Shown here piece by piece: positions 1-12,281 of a stretch of DNA of 64,000 bases. Positions within the stretch are counted from its first letter, which is position 1. Every line of letters starts with the position of its first letter. Location: positions 78,554,001 through 78,618,000 of the forward strand of contig OX597817.1 of assembly GCA_951406725.2 (NCBI GenBank), in the 5' to 3' direction. The translations under genes and the position numbers were made by a program. Origin of the DNA: Octopus vulgaris. Taxonomy: Eukaryota. Under the pieces are notes generated by a model. It did no database searches. It was not told where the DNA came from and saw only the letters and a list, made by a program, of their open reading frames with translations.

Positions 1-440
1 CTCGCTGCCCTAATGATTCAGCCAGCTTGCCGATCCTTCAATATGTTGTGCATTGCTGGGGGCTAGCAAATGGAAGGCCATCAAATTAACTAATAAGACA
101 TTTTTAATGGGTAGATGAACTCATTAAAGTCAACAGCTTTCCAATTTGGTGCAAATGGGCTTCTTTCATATCTCTGCTGACTCGTAGGTATTATATGGTG
201 GGAAAATTTCAGCTACAACAACCTGCAGTTGATGTAGCTGTCAGTCATCTTGTAATGCTTTTCTATGGATTCCAGATATGGATAACTAGAGAGTGACATA
301 TATAGGTTATGTGAGTGGATGTCACTTTAATCTAATGACATACACAGTTCCATATTTAAGATATGATGAATTATGCACATTATTTACATTATTTACGTTA
401 GTTACATTTGATGGATATTTGACTGCATCTTGTTTGTTGT

Positions 441-486
441 TAACACGTTTCAGCTGATACATCATCCAGCCTTCATCAGGTGTCTT
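441..486 (-). ncRNA. Minimal type I hammerhead ribozyme motif
   Basis: Minus strand reads gacac-CTGATGA-a-ggctgg-atgatgta-tcagct-GAAA-cgtgtTA: both conserved core blocks, a pairable stem II and a short near-palindromic stem III. Stem I pairing is weak. Confidence 0.65.
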
Positions 487-533
487 GGGGAAATTTCGAA
501 CCTGGGTTCTCATTCCTAAGGTATTTTTCAATG

Positions 534-603
<70 letters not shown>

Positions 604-686
604 CTGCCTGGAATCGAACTCAGAATCCTGGGGTTAGTAGCCCGCATTCTTAACCCCACAATTCCGAGTTCAATTCCAGGCAGAAA

Positions 687-755
<69 letters not shown>

Positions 756-1082
756 TAATAATAATAATAATAATCATCATCATCATCATCGTTTAGCGTC
801 CGCTTTCCATACTGGCATGGGCTGGACGGTGCAACTGGGGTCTGGGAAGCCAGAAGGCTGCACCAGGCCCAGTCTGATCTGGCAATTTTTCTATGGCTGG
901 ATGCCCTTCCTAACGCCAACCACTCCATGAGTGTAGTGGGTGCTTTTTACGTGCCACCGGCAAAGGTGCCAGACGAGGCTGGCAAATGGCCATGGTCGGA
1001 TGGTGCTTTTTAACATCGAAAAATACCTTGAGAATGAGAACCCAGGTTCGAAATTTTCCCAAGACACCTGATGAAGACTGGA
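466..1082. repeat. Large fold-back (inverted duplication) of a tRNA-head/(TAA)n/hammerhead element, with a nested RTE-like 3' fragment
   Basis: 466-535 is the reverse complement of 1012-1082. (TTA)n at 540-602 mirrors (AAT)n at 691-772. 603-636 pairs with 651-684. Confidence 0.9.
775..1010 (-). mobile_element. RTE-like retroposon 3' end with (GAT)n tail
   Basis: Reverse complement of the cacccactacactc..gttggcgttaggaagggcatccagc..ggacgttaaacgatgatgat block also seen at 22.0, 29.6 and 44.5 kb. Confidence 0.75.
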
Positions 1083-1303
1083 GGGCAATAGTGAAGCCAA
1101 GAATGTTAGAAACAGATAAGAATTATGTCAAGTGTTTAAAGGGATGCAGTTCTAGAAGTTATTAGAAAAATGAATGAATTACATGTTATGAAGTTATTTT
1201 AACTGAAGAACATTGGCATGTGAAAAATTCATGTTAAATGAATGGAAAAAATGATGAACAATGTATATATATGTGTGTGTGTGCATGTGCATATGTATAT
1301 ATA

Positions 1304-1381
1304 TAAATTTAAATAATAAGGGTAAAAAATGAAATATTAATTTGATTAATATCAATTTTTTACCCTTATCATTTAAATTTA
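1304..1381. repeat. AT-rich hairpin/palindrome
   Basis: taaatttaaataataagggtaaaaaatgaaatattaa pairs with ttaatatcaattttttacccttatcatttaaattta. Confidence 0.8.
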
Positions 1382-1572
1382 AATAACCATGTTCTCTAAC
1401 CAGCAGGATTCATTGCAGAAAATTATTTTCTGCAGAATTATTTCCAGTTTTTGGCACGACAAAACGAAGACATTTGAAATATATCCCCAAATATAACTGG
1501 CAAAACTATATACATGTTCAATCTCGTATGGATGCCCTGTGTATAGTTCTGCAAATTAATTTTTACTATGAC

Positions 1573-1646
1573 AGTCACACTGATGAATTGTGGCCATTTA
1601 TGTATGTAAATATGTAAGTGGTAACAATGAAATCTGGTATGTGACT
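1573..1646 (+). ncRNA. Type I hammerhead ribozyme motif
   Basis: agtcaca-CTGATGA-attgtggccattta..taagtggtaacaat-GAAA-tctggTA-tgtgact: perfect 7-bp stem I, long stem II, intact core, GUA cleavage triplet. Confidence 0.8.
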
Positions 1647-1790
1647 AATCATTATATTGTGTATCTTTTCATTTGTCTTGCTCGCTTACGTTCTGGCGTT
1701 TGCTAAATTTTCTTGAGAACAATCTGTTCTTAGTGGTCTAACCATATGGGGTCTACATCTAGCATATTGGATGTCAACGTGGTCATCCCT

Positions 1791-1831
<41 letters not shown>

Positions 1832-1972
1832 CACAAATGAGATACAAAGATTCTCCATTTAGAAGACACTTTGTTGTGTTCAAAAGATTCAAACTTAGAC
1901 TCTGATGTCTTCACAGGAGATCATACTGCAAGGTATATGAAATGTATGTGTGTGTGTGTGTATATATATATA

Positions 1973-3226
1973 TTGGGGTGTTTGGAAAGTAATTGTGCTT
2001 TACCAGAAAGGATATAAAGATAAGTGTAAACGATATTTATCTGAATAGGTCTCATCAAAAATGTAGTCACCATCATTTTCAACAACTGCAGTTCAATGGG
2101 AAAGTAATATTTTAATGCCATGCTCGAAGAAGCCTATTTCTGCTCCTGCAAAATGTCTGAAAGACTGCTTTCAACTACCTCTCTATTTTTGAATGTTTTA
2201 CCTCTTTTAAAATGTTCTAGTGATCGGAACGGATGGAAATCCATAGTTGCTAAGTTAAGTGAGTATGGAGAATGTAGAAGAACTTCCCATCCTAATGATC
2301 TTATTTTTTCATGGGCTTGTTTTGAAGAGCGTGGCCATACATTGTCATGCTGGAGAAAAGCACCTTTTCTGTTTACCAAAGCTGGCCACTTTCAGCATAA
2401 TTTTTCATTCACACTATCAAGTCGTTGGCTATAAACATCTGCATTGATGGCCCTTCCATGATCGAATAGCCCGTAATGGATGATGCCTTTCATTTTGTAC
2501 CAAACACAGAGCAAGGATTTTTGTGGATGGAGTTCTGGTTTTGGTGCTAGCACTGGCCTCTCATTACATGGTAAATTGTATTATCCATTTTTTGGCGTGA
2601 TGCAAAACCCATTTCCTATCACCTGTAACAATGCACTGCAGAAATGATAGCTTGTTATTCCTGGTTAAGAGTTTGCTGCAGTTGGTGAAACATTGTATCT
2701 GGTTCTCAAGCAAAATCTCATGGGGAACCCAAATTCTTTCATTGCATGTTTTCCCAACTACCTTGAGATGTCTATGGACAGTTGAACATGACATTAAATT
2801 TTTGTGCCAAATCTTTGGTGCTATGACATGGATCTGATACAGCAGTCAGATTCAAAAGGCCATCTTCCAGAGCAAGGATTGTTGGATATGTCACAATTGC
2901 CATCTTTTAGCCTTTTAAACAACAGCTGACATGTATGAGCTTGCATTGCATCTGGATACACTTCACAAATGTTTTTCATTGCTTCTGTTAGTGTTACTTT
3001 TCTTTCAAAATTCATACAATAAGCAATGGCGAATATGTTACTTCATAAAGTTCTTATCCTCCATGGGGATAATTACTGAGATAACCATGAGTGACACAGT
3101 GCTAGATAGAAGAGATGATATACTATTTCTAGACAGTTTCTGCCCATTCGATCTTGGCTCTGACACAGTTGGTTGATGCATATTTCATAGTGGTGAAAAA
3201 ATGAAATTACATTCCAAACACCCTAA
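1973..3226 (-). mobile_element. Full-length but decayed mariner transposon
   Basis: TIRs ttggggtgtttggaaagtaat / attacattccaaacaccctaa, flanked by TA. Frameshifted ORF pieces carry WVPHEI, IVTGDRKW, LQHDN and HSPYSLNLATMDF (WVPHEL, DEKW and YSPDLAP motifs). Confidence 0.95.
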
Positions 3227-3242
3227 TATATATATATATGTG

Positions 3243-3418
3243 TAAAAGGCAGGAAAGAGTTTCATAGACATGTCATAATTACTTTCAACAGCTGTTTCAT
3301 TAGGAATAGGCATAATTCTATAATTACATAATTATAGAATTAATTATGCTCACTCCTCATGAAACAACTGTTGAAAGTAACTAAATTATTCGTAATGTTT
3401 ATACTTATCTGCCTTTTA
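3243..3418. repeat. Imperfect fold-back palindrome carrying hammerhead 3' halves
   Basis: taaaaggcag..ttactttcaacagctgtttcat..ataattctataatta pairs with attatagaatt..atgaaacaactgttgaaagtaa..ctgcctttta. Confidence 0.85.
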
Positions 3419-3435
3419 TTCTAAACACAACACAT

Positions 3436-3467
<32 letters not shown>

Positions 3468-3729
3468 CCCCTCTCTCTCTCTCACACACATAGACACACA
3501 TACACGCACACATGTGCATTTGTGCATGTATGTGTGTACATAGTTCAACCTATTCTAGCATACTGATAGATTTTAAATGGTGATGAGGATGAGAATGATA
3601 TCACCTCTATAAAGAATAAGTAGACACATTTTTTTTCTTTTTGTGAAAAGTTCAGTATTATCAAAATGTTTACAGCAGAAGATAGTAAAAAAAAAAGAAA
3701 AGTCTAAAAAATATAGAGAGAAGAGAGAG

Positions 3730-3932
3730 TCATAATAATAATAATACTAACCACATCAAAAATATTACTAATAACAACAATAACACTGACAAGAATAAGA
3801 ACAACAACAACAATAATAGTAATGATGTTAATAATAATAGTAATAATAATAGTGATAATGATAATAATACTGATGATAATAATAATAGTAATAACAATAC
3901 TAATAATAATCTTCTTTTAGCAATAACAAGAC

Positions 3933-3964
<32 letters not shown>

Positions 3965-4135
3965 GTAAAAATAGTAATAATAATAATAATGATGATGATG
4001 ATGATAAAAATAAAAATAATAATAATAATGATGATGATGATGACGACAATGACGATGATGATGATGAAGAGGATGATGATGATGATGATAATAATAATAA
4101 TGATAATAATGATAATAATAATAATAATAATTTCT
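3730..4135. repeat. Degenerate (TAA)n/(TGA)n microsatellite
   Basis: Trinucleotide runs directly visible. Confidence 0.95.
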
Positions 4136-4794
4136 AAAAAAAAAATTTTAAAAAGAGGCAAAGCAGTCCCAAATGAAATACAACAGCTTACTTTTTAGTT
4201 ATTTTTTTGTTGTTGTCATTGTATTGTTATTTGTTTTGTTTTTCTTATTTGCTTGGTCTATTTTACTTTATTTTTTTATTTTATCTTATTTTTATTTTAT
4301 TTTTATTTTTTATTTATACCAAAGAGTGAATGCAAATACTTAATTCACCAGTGTAGCAAAGATAGTGCAATGCCAAAGGCAAAAGTCACTCTCTGAGCTT
4401 CAAACATTCCTCGTTCTCTCTGACTTTTCACTTCAGACTCTTTCTTTCCACCGCACAACAAACTCCGTAACACGCTCGCATCCAACAACGCACCACAGAT
4501 ACTCCACCACCCTCCCTCCTCCCCTCCGCCTCCCCCGCTCCTTTCTACATCGCCGTCTTCACGCACCGTCTCTCCAGTTTACCATAACACCATAAACACC
4601 ACTCAAGATTCTCACTCAAAAACCCTCTACACTCGCTAACACTTTTTCTCTTGAAAAACATTTTCGTTACAAAGTTCCTGTGAGAATCTATTAAAGATTG
4701 TTTGTTTTTCTGTGTTGTTGTTGTTGTTGCTGTTGCTGATGTTGTTGTTGTCGGCTACGTGTCATTATTGCTGTTGTTATTATCACTGAAACGT

Positions 4795-5152
4795 CATCAT
4801 CATCACCACCACCAGCATCATCATCATGATCGTCATCATCATCATCATCATCACCATCACCATCACATCATCATTATTATCATCATCACCACCATCCCCA
4901 TCATCATCATCACCATCATCTTCATCATCATCATCATCGTCGTTGTTGTCCTCCTCCTCCTCATCATCGTCATCATTTTTGTTGTTATAATAATAATAAT
5001 AATAATAATAATAATGTGTACAGTGCTCAGGTGCACTACAACTCATCTAAAGTGTATATATAATCAGGTGTAGTTTCGACAGATTTCGGGAAGCATGAGG
5101 GCCTTAAAGGATATTATTAGGATTATTATGATTATTAATACTACTATTATTT

Positions 5153-5183
<31 letters not shown>

Positions 5184-5495
5184 CAGAGATTGTAGTAGCA
5201 GTAGTAGTAGTAGTAGTAGCAGCAGCAACAGCAGCAGTAGTAGTAGTGATGGTGCGATTATTGTAATTGCAGTAATAGTATTATTATCACTATAATCATC
5301 AGCTTTATAATACCATCAGCCAATTACACTTTTCCTCACCTCTCCTTCCCCCTTTCCCTCCTCCTCTTCATCACCATCATCATCATCATCATCATCATTG
5401 TATCACTACCACCATCTTTACCACCACTATCATCATCATCACCATCATCATCATAATATCTTCATCATCACCATCATCATCATCGCCATCTTCTT

Positions 5496-5530
<35 letters not shown>

Positions 5531-5575
5531 CCATCTTCATTATCATCATCATCATCACATCATCATCATCATCAA
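4795..5575. repeat. Compound (CAT)n/(TAA)n/(TAG)n microsatellite region
   Basis: Trinucleotide runs directly visible. Confidence 0.9.
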
Positions 5576-6235
5576 CATTGCCTTTAGTTATCTAAACATC
5601 TTTTTTTTAAATTTATTTTATATAATTGCCTTTCCTATTTATTTATTCATTTATTTAATCTTTTAACTTTAGTAATTATTTATCTCGTCTGTTTTTGTTT
5701 TTGTGTTACATTTCTTTAATAATTTCTATCTGTTCCCAAATCACCAACACGAACACCACCCACGACTCAAGATATCTCCACCACCACCTCCGTTTGAACC
5801 ATCAACACAAATATTAGTAAATATGAGTGTTAATAACCTCACCACCCAACCAAAAATATTTTCGTTGGTTCTCTATGGCTTCGACTAGCACCTCTGCTAC
5901 TTCTACAACAACAAACAGCACCATCATCTTAACCTCAGTAACCACTCTCACAACAGCCATGACCACCACAACTCATGCCTTTTCTACTATTAGCACAAGG
6001 CCTGAAATTTTGGCGGAGGGTGGTAGTTGATTACATCGACCCCAGTATTTGAAGGGTACTTTATTTTGTCAACAACCCCGAAAGGATGAAATGCAAAGCC
6101 AACCTTGGCAGAAGTTGAACTCACATCCACAACTAATATCACCACTACCACAACCACCATTGCCATCACAACCATAAATATAATGACCATCCCTACTACA
6201 GCAAAACATCTACCACTACTCATCATGTCAACTGA

Positions 6236-6519
6236 TTATTAGTGTACATTTAAACACAAAAGAGTACTACCATCTATACTTATATATATATATGTACATA
6301 GATACATGCACATACAAACATTTACATACATACATACATACATATATATATATATACATATATAAATTATTAGTGTACATTTAAACACAAAAGAGGTGAG
6401 CCTTGACAGGCCGCCTTACATACTAGAAGGAACAGTCAAAATGTTCAAACCACTGTTCCTTCTAGTATGTAAAGCAACCTGTTAAGGGTCACATCTTTTG
6501 AGTTTAAATGTACACTAAT
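6236..6519. repeat. Fold-back palindrome (6369-6519) preceded by a partial direct repeat of its left end (6236-6274)
   Basis: attagtgtacatttaaacacaaaagag occurs twice in direct orientation and once inverted. Inner arms are ttacatactagaaggaacagt / actgttccttctagtatgtaa. Confidence 0.9.
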
Positions 6520-6933
6520 TTTTACATGAAAAATATGTCTATTGACTTTGTATACATGCTTGGCTACTGGTAGAAAAAATGTCTATAATTTTTGCTACCC
6601 TATATTAATTTTAATATATATATATATGAAAGCGGAATGAATGTAAAACTACATTATGCAGGATATATCATAAACAATTCAAAATTATTTACAAATATAT
6701 CAGTGGCCAGAACATGCAGTCAAAAAATATTTTCATAAAAGAAGAGTGTATAATTGTGAATAAATCGCAAGTATAATGGAGAGGGTATTAAAAACCCTTA
6801 CATGCCTAGAAATAGCAGTCAAAACTGCTATAATGCTATTATAACCACTCATATTATATCTCCTTAACCATAAAAGCTGTCAGCGAGTAACATGACATTA
6901 AAATTCAGAATTTAAATAAAAATAGATTGTTTG

Positions 6934-6994
6934 TCCTCTATCGCAATTTTGAAGTTAGGAACCAAAAGTTGATCCATTCTTCTCATCAGGAGAA
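6934..6994 (-). ncRNA. Hammerhead ribozyme motif with one core substitution
   Basis: Minus strand: ttctc-CTGATGA-gaag..cttc-AAAA(for GAAA)-ttgcgaTA-gagga. Stems I, II and III all pair. Confidence 0.7.
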
Positions 6995-7070
6995 CATCCC
7001 TGTACACAAAAAAACATATTCTACTCTCACTCTCTCTTTTGCAATTCACTTGTGACAAGCCTTTTATGTA

Positions 7071-7287
7071 CGAGCAGTTGCTGAAATATTCCTGGCTTTA
7101 AGGGCAATGTGAAAAGCCTGGCTGGAGGCTCAGCCTTCTGAGTTCTTTTACAGGGCTTAGAAAAACTGAAGGACCACTGCCATAAGTGTGTGAATCTGAG
7201 AGGGGAATATATTGAATAAAATCGTAATTAACTGATCTTCTTGTATTTTCTTTTCCCCAAAGCCAAGAACTTTTCAGCACCTTCTCA
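7071..7287 (+). mobile_element. Mariner-derived MITE
   Basis: TA-flanked TIRs cgagcagttgctgaaatattcctggct / agccaagaacttttcagcaccttctca. The interior retains a mariner C-terminal remnant (HKCVNLRGEYIE*). Confidence 0.8.
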
Positions 7288-7689
7288 TAAGTTAATGTTA
7301 CATATCCAATAGACATTATTCCCAGTTTACTTCCCACCAGCTTCCCATATGCTCTGCATTCATTGCACTTATTTTAAACTCATGCAACTTCACACTGCTT
7401 ATACAAGCTCCCTACAGTTTAGATTTTGCAAGCAAAATAAGAAAAAAATCTCAAAAAAAACCAGAATTCCTCGCTGCCAATAGAGATAATCACTTACTGA
7501 AAATCTCCCCTCCTTACTGACTCTTGCTTCTATACATGCTTTCATTAGTTTGCACTAAAATACCTTTCCCTGCTACACCAAAGTAACAAAAATACTTATG
7601 ACATGTAGTGATTATTCTCAGTAGATTTCTATGTGGACCACATTTCACTGGTGCCTAGTCCTAGTTCTCTAAGTTACTTTCACAGGTTA

Positions 7690-8460
7690 TACTGACTCAT
7701 AAATTCCAATTTCCTGGTTTCATGTTGTATATATTATCCACCTGGATGGGATGCTAGTCTGTCACAGGATTACTCCTTTTTGCCAGCTGAGTGGACTGGA
7801 GCAATGAGAAATGCAGTGTTTTGCTCAAGAACACAACATATTGCCTGGACGAGAAATCAAAACCACAATCTTAAAATCAAGAGTCCAACACCCTAACCAC
7901 TAAGCCATGTACCTCCACAAAAGGTAAAGTTACCTTCTCGAGTCATACCAACATATAAGGGCTGGTTTCCTGGTTTTGTGGCATAAACATTCCCCACCTA
8001 GATGGGATGCCAGTCCATCACAGGATTATTAAATTTTGCCAGGGTTCTCCACATTTCACTGGTGCCCTTACAGTTCACCACACTTAATAAATGTATCCAG
8101 TAGTTCTGAGACTCTGCTGCTCCGTTACTCTTCAAGAAATCCCAATGCATCACTGATATACTCTTACGATGACAAGGGTTCCAATTGATCCGATCAATAG
8201 AACAGCCAGCTCAAGAAATTAACATGCAAGTGGTGAAGCACTCCACAGACATGTGTACCCTTAATGTAGTTCTCAGGTAAATTCAGTGAGACACAGAGTG
8301 CGACAAGATTGGCCCTTTGAAATACAGGTACTATTCATTTTTACCAGGAGCAACATGAAAGAAAGTGTCTTGCTCAAGGACACAGCATATTGCCAAGAAT
8401 TGAACTCGTGACTTTACAATCACGAGCTGAACACCCTAACCACTAAGCCATGCACCTTCA
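7690..8460 (-). mobile_element. Cluster of tRNA-derived SINE copies
   Basis: Reverse-complement heads ccctaaccactaagccatg at ~7891 and ~8433. Bodies match plus-strand copies at 36508 and 53954. Confidence 0.7.
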
Positions 8461-8461
8461 C

Positions 8462-8504
8462 CCTAGGTTCTCATTCCTAAGGTGCTTTTTTGCTGTTGTT
8501 ATTA

Positions 8505-8578
<74 letters not shown>

Positions 8579-8660
8579 TATTCAAGGTATGGCCTGGAAT
8601 TGAATTTGCAATTTTGGGGTTAGTAGCCTGCATTCTTAACCATTACACTATTTGCCCATT
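8462..8660 (-). mobile_element. Unfolded copy of the tRNA-head/(TAA)n element seen at 466-684
   Basis: ggttctcattcctaaggt-(TTA)n-gcctggaattgaatt..ggggttagtagcctgcattcttaacc matches 505-655 and extends further into the tRNA-like 5' end. Confidence 0.8.
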
Positions 8661-9449
8661 GGCCTATACACTGTCAAGTTGTGTTATCTTTTATCTTTTA
8701 CTCGTGTCCATCAATAGCTCTTCAGCATTTAAACCAGGCATAGCCAGCCAAAATATTTCATATGTTTTAAATTTTATATTGAAGCTGGCCACATCCAGCC
8801 TCTCATGCTTCTTTACAATGTCATTTTAATACTAAGCAATCACATTATAGAAATCTTCATGCGATGGGAATAAAAACAATGAGAATTTTTTTTTAAATGT
8901 ATCTCAGCAGAGTAATCTGAATGCTAAAGGGTTGGGCTGTGGCTATGCTGGGACACCCCCTTGAAGAATTTTGGTCAAATGAAGTGTTTTGTTCCCAGTG
9001 CTTGTTATTGTTTTTGTAAATCCAGCTATTTATTCCATCGATCTTCTTTGCCAAACTGCTAAGTTACAGAGGAGTAAACACACCAACACTAGTTGTCAAG
9101 CAGCAGTGGGAGACAAACGCACACACACACACACACAGAGTGGGCTTCTTTCTGTTTCCGTCTTTCATATGTGAGGCCACACAGCCTAGTGTTTAAGGTG
9201 TTGAACTCATGATTGTGAGTTCATGGTTTCGATTCCTGGACTAGGCAGTGTATTGTGTTCTCAAACAAAACACTTCATATCACATTGTTCAGTGATCACT
9301 TCAACACTTGACATGCAGTAAACTGTGTACTTGTTCAGGTAACATCGATTTGATGAGGGTGTAATCTCATGTACAGCACATGCATTTGATCTCTATAAAC
9401 AAATCATTTGTGCAGGTGATTCAGCAAGTAACTGCAGAATTGCTTTCTC

Positions 9450-9730
9450 AAACTATAAGAAACTGCTATCATATATAACCCTGGAGGCAGTTGAAAGATC
9501 CGGGAGGGGGTGCATTGAAGCGATAAATAATGTGGTGACCAAAACAGGGCAATGGATGTAAAAAAATAACAAAATAAAGGGTTAATTAGCTTAAGTGTCA
9601 TTTGCAAAATATTGTTATGAATTTGCTGCAGAAAATGATCTACATTTGTGACGGTAAGTGGGCGGGGAGCACTAGCATTGTGGCCTTAGAACCAAGTGGG
9701 CAGCAGCCTGAAAATGTTTGGGAACCACTG
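9450..9730. mobile_element. Possible hAT/Charlie-type end
   Basis: Ends in gtttgggaaccactg, the reverse complement of CAGTGGTTCCCAAAC. No partner TIR identified. Confidence 0.35.
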
Positions 9731-9769
9731 ATATATGATATATGTGCGTGTATGTGTGTATGTCTTATT

Positions 9770-10379
9770 TCTTTGGTATTACAAGGAGTTTTGTTGGTCT
9801 TTCACTCAACTGTGCCCCTCACATAATAATGAAAAGAATTGCAGTGTGGGGATTTAGGTGGCCAGATGTTTGGGGTGATGTAGTTGCAGAAATTGTCTGA
9901 CAGCCATGACTGGGTTCTCTTGCTTGTGTGGCATGGTTCAGAGTCCTGTTGCCAGACATAGGATCTTGCAGCAGTCACCCTCTTCACCCAGGACAGCACT
10001 ACCTCCTCTAGGAGTGTAAGGCTGTGTGGGAAGATGAATGGAGGCATAACATCACCATCACTAGGGATCATTCCAAACACCATGATGTTGACTGGATGTT
10101 TGATTTTTATCACTTTCTGTACGTCTTCAGATTGCACTGTTTTCAGATCAACATCCAGACACTCTGAAATGTTCGTATTGGAGCTTCCAATGTGAATACA
10201 AAGCAGTACAACATGTCATTTCTAAATTTCTAGCAGAATGAATTGTGTCATGGTACTGGTTTTCTTACAGATGGTGTCCAGCTGACCCTACTATACTCAG
10301 TAGTTGACAAAATCAAAAATGAACAATGTGCATGCACAAAATTAAGAACATAAAATGGCAACAATTTACCCATCACACC

Positions 10380-10383
<4 letters not shown>
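9770..10383 (-). mobile_element. Tc1/mariner DD37D (maT-like) transposon fragment
   Basis: ORF 9802-10137 has VWQQDSEPCHTS..WPPKSPHCNSFHYY, with 37 residues between the D and the expected third catalytic position (here H). Terminus TA-cagggtgtgatgggtaaattg at 10383. Confidence 0.85.
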
Positions 10384-10467
<84 letters not shown>

Positions 10468-10519
10468 AATATATACACATATCTATCTATCTATCTATCT
10501 ATATATATATATATATATA

Positions 10520-10769
10520 TTATAATTAGGGTTCAACTAACTGCTTCACCACATACCGAAATTAGAAAGAGGAATTAAAAATTCTTTTCTACTATTATAA
10601 GAATCTACATGGCGGTAAACTTACTTTTTACGAAGGCAGTTAGCTGAATCCTAATTATAATTACGTGGATAATTTTACCTATAAAGGTTATTTTAACGTA
10701 CCGATCTACTTGGTAAAATTGTTAATTAATTGATTAATTAATCAATTAATTTGATTAATAAATTTTACC
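10520..10769. repeat. Two adjacent inverted repeats inside a (TA)n tract
   Basis: ttataattagggttcaactaactgcttc / gaaggcagttagctgaatcctaattataa (10520-10660), and ggtaaaatt..aattttacc (10712-10769). Confidence 0.8.
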
Positions 10770-10775
10770 TTTCTA

Positions 10776-10839
<64 letters not shown>

Positions 10840-11306
10840 CATACATAATACATACATATATACATATATACATAAATCTTAGAGAAATGTATATCCTACA
10901 TACAATATATATACATACAGCATACAAATATAGAGTTTCAAAGAGAAGACATGCTGTATAGCTTAACAGGTAAAAGCCATTCATTTGGAATTCAAAGAAT
11001 GTGTGTTTGTTACCTTCAGGTTCTATAGATGATGCTCACTTCTATTAGTTCTTTATTCTTTTATATATTTGCATTCATTGTGTGTTGTGTGTGCATATAT
11101 GTGTTCGTGAGTGTGTGTGTGTGTGTATTTCTGTGTATGCGTGTACATATGAATTATGTCCCAGCTCTCTATTAGCTGGAAGGTTGAAACCTGTACAAAG
11201 TATATATTTACTTATATAGTTATAGATCAACTTACACAAGTTGAAACATGTGTGCATGTTTACACGCACGTGCGCATATGATTATGGATATATGTATATA
11301 CATGTA

Positions 11307-11337
<31 letters not shown>

Positions 11338-11364
11338 GATGATGATGATATTTATATATGTATA

Positions 11365-11413
<49 letters not shown>

Positions 11414-11431
11414 GTATGTATGTGAGGTGTG

Positions 11432-11505
<74 letters not shown>

Positions 11506-11516
11506 CACGCACACAA

Positions 11517-11575
<59 letters not shown>

Positions 11576-12218
11576 GACATATATATATATGTTTGTATAT
11601 ATTGTGACACTAATAAGCTGGTGTAGACCTCAATGTTTTAGAACAAAGTGTTAGATGATCATGGAGCAATAATAAAATAAAATAACAAAGGGAAAAAGAT
11701 GGTTTCATAACGTAAGCATCGATTTTCCTGTGTCATCTCTTTCCCTGATTGTGTGTGTGTGCATATGAAACAATTCGGCCTCAGGGCTTATTTGTTAAGC
11801 CTAGTACTTGTTCTATTGGTTTGTTTTGCTGAACTGCTAAGTTACGGGGATATAAACACACCAACACCAGTTGTCAAGTGGTGATGGAGACAATAAAAAC
11901 ACAGACACAAAAACTCACATATATATACATACATATACACATACACACATATATATATATACATATATGTATATATATACATATATTCACACATATATAT
12001 AAATATACATATATATACTCATATATATATATATATGTATATACACCATCACAAGTGTAATTGTCTGAAATGGTCATGACTTCTGGTACTTGACTGATGT
12101 AGGGAAGCCAAGAACGAGCTGTCTTTCTTTGCCTGTCCTTCTAATTGTTGTTTCGCTTGTCCGCCTTTGTGTTGTCTATCTGTCCGAACGATTTGTTGCC
12201 ATCTATTGCGTTTTTGTT

Positions 12219-12281
<63 letters not shown>

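Noticed and set aside
603-655. tRNA gene
   Set aside because: Only a partial cloverleaf, embedded in a repeated element. This and the other tRNA-like segments are SINE-type heads.
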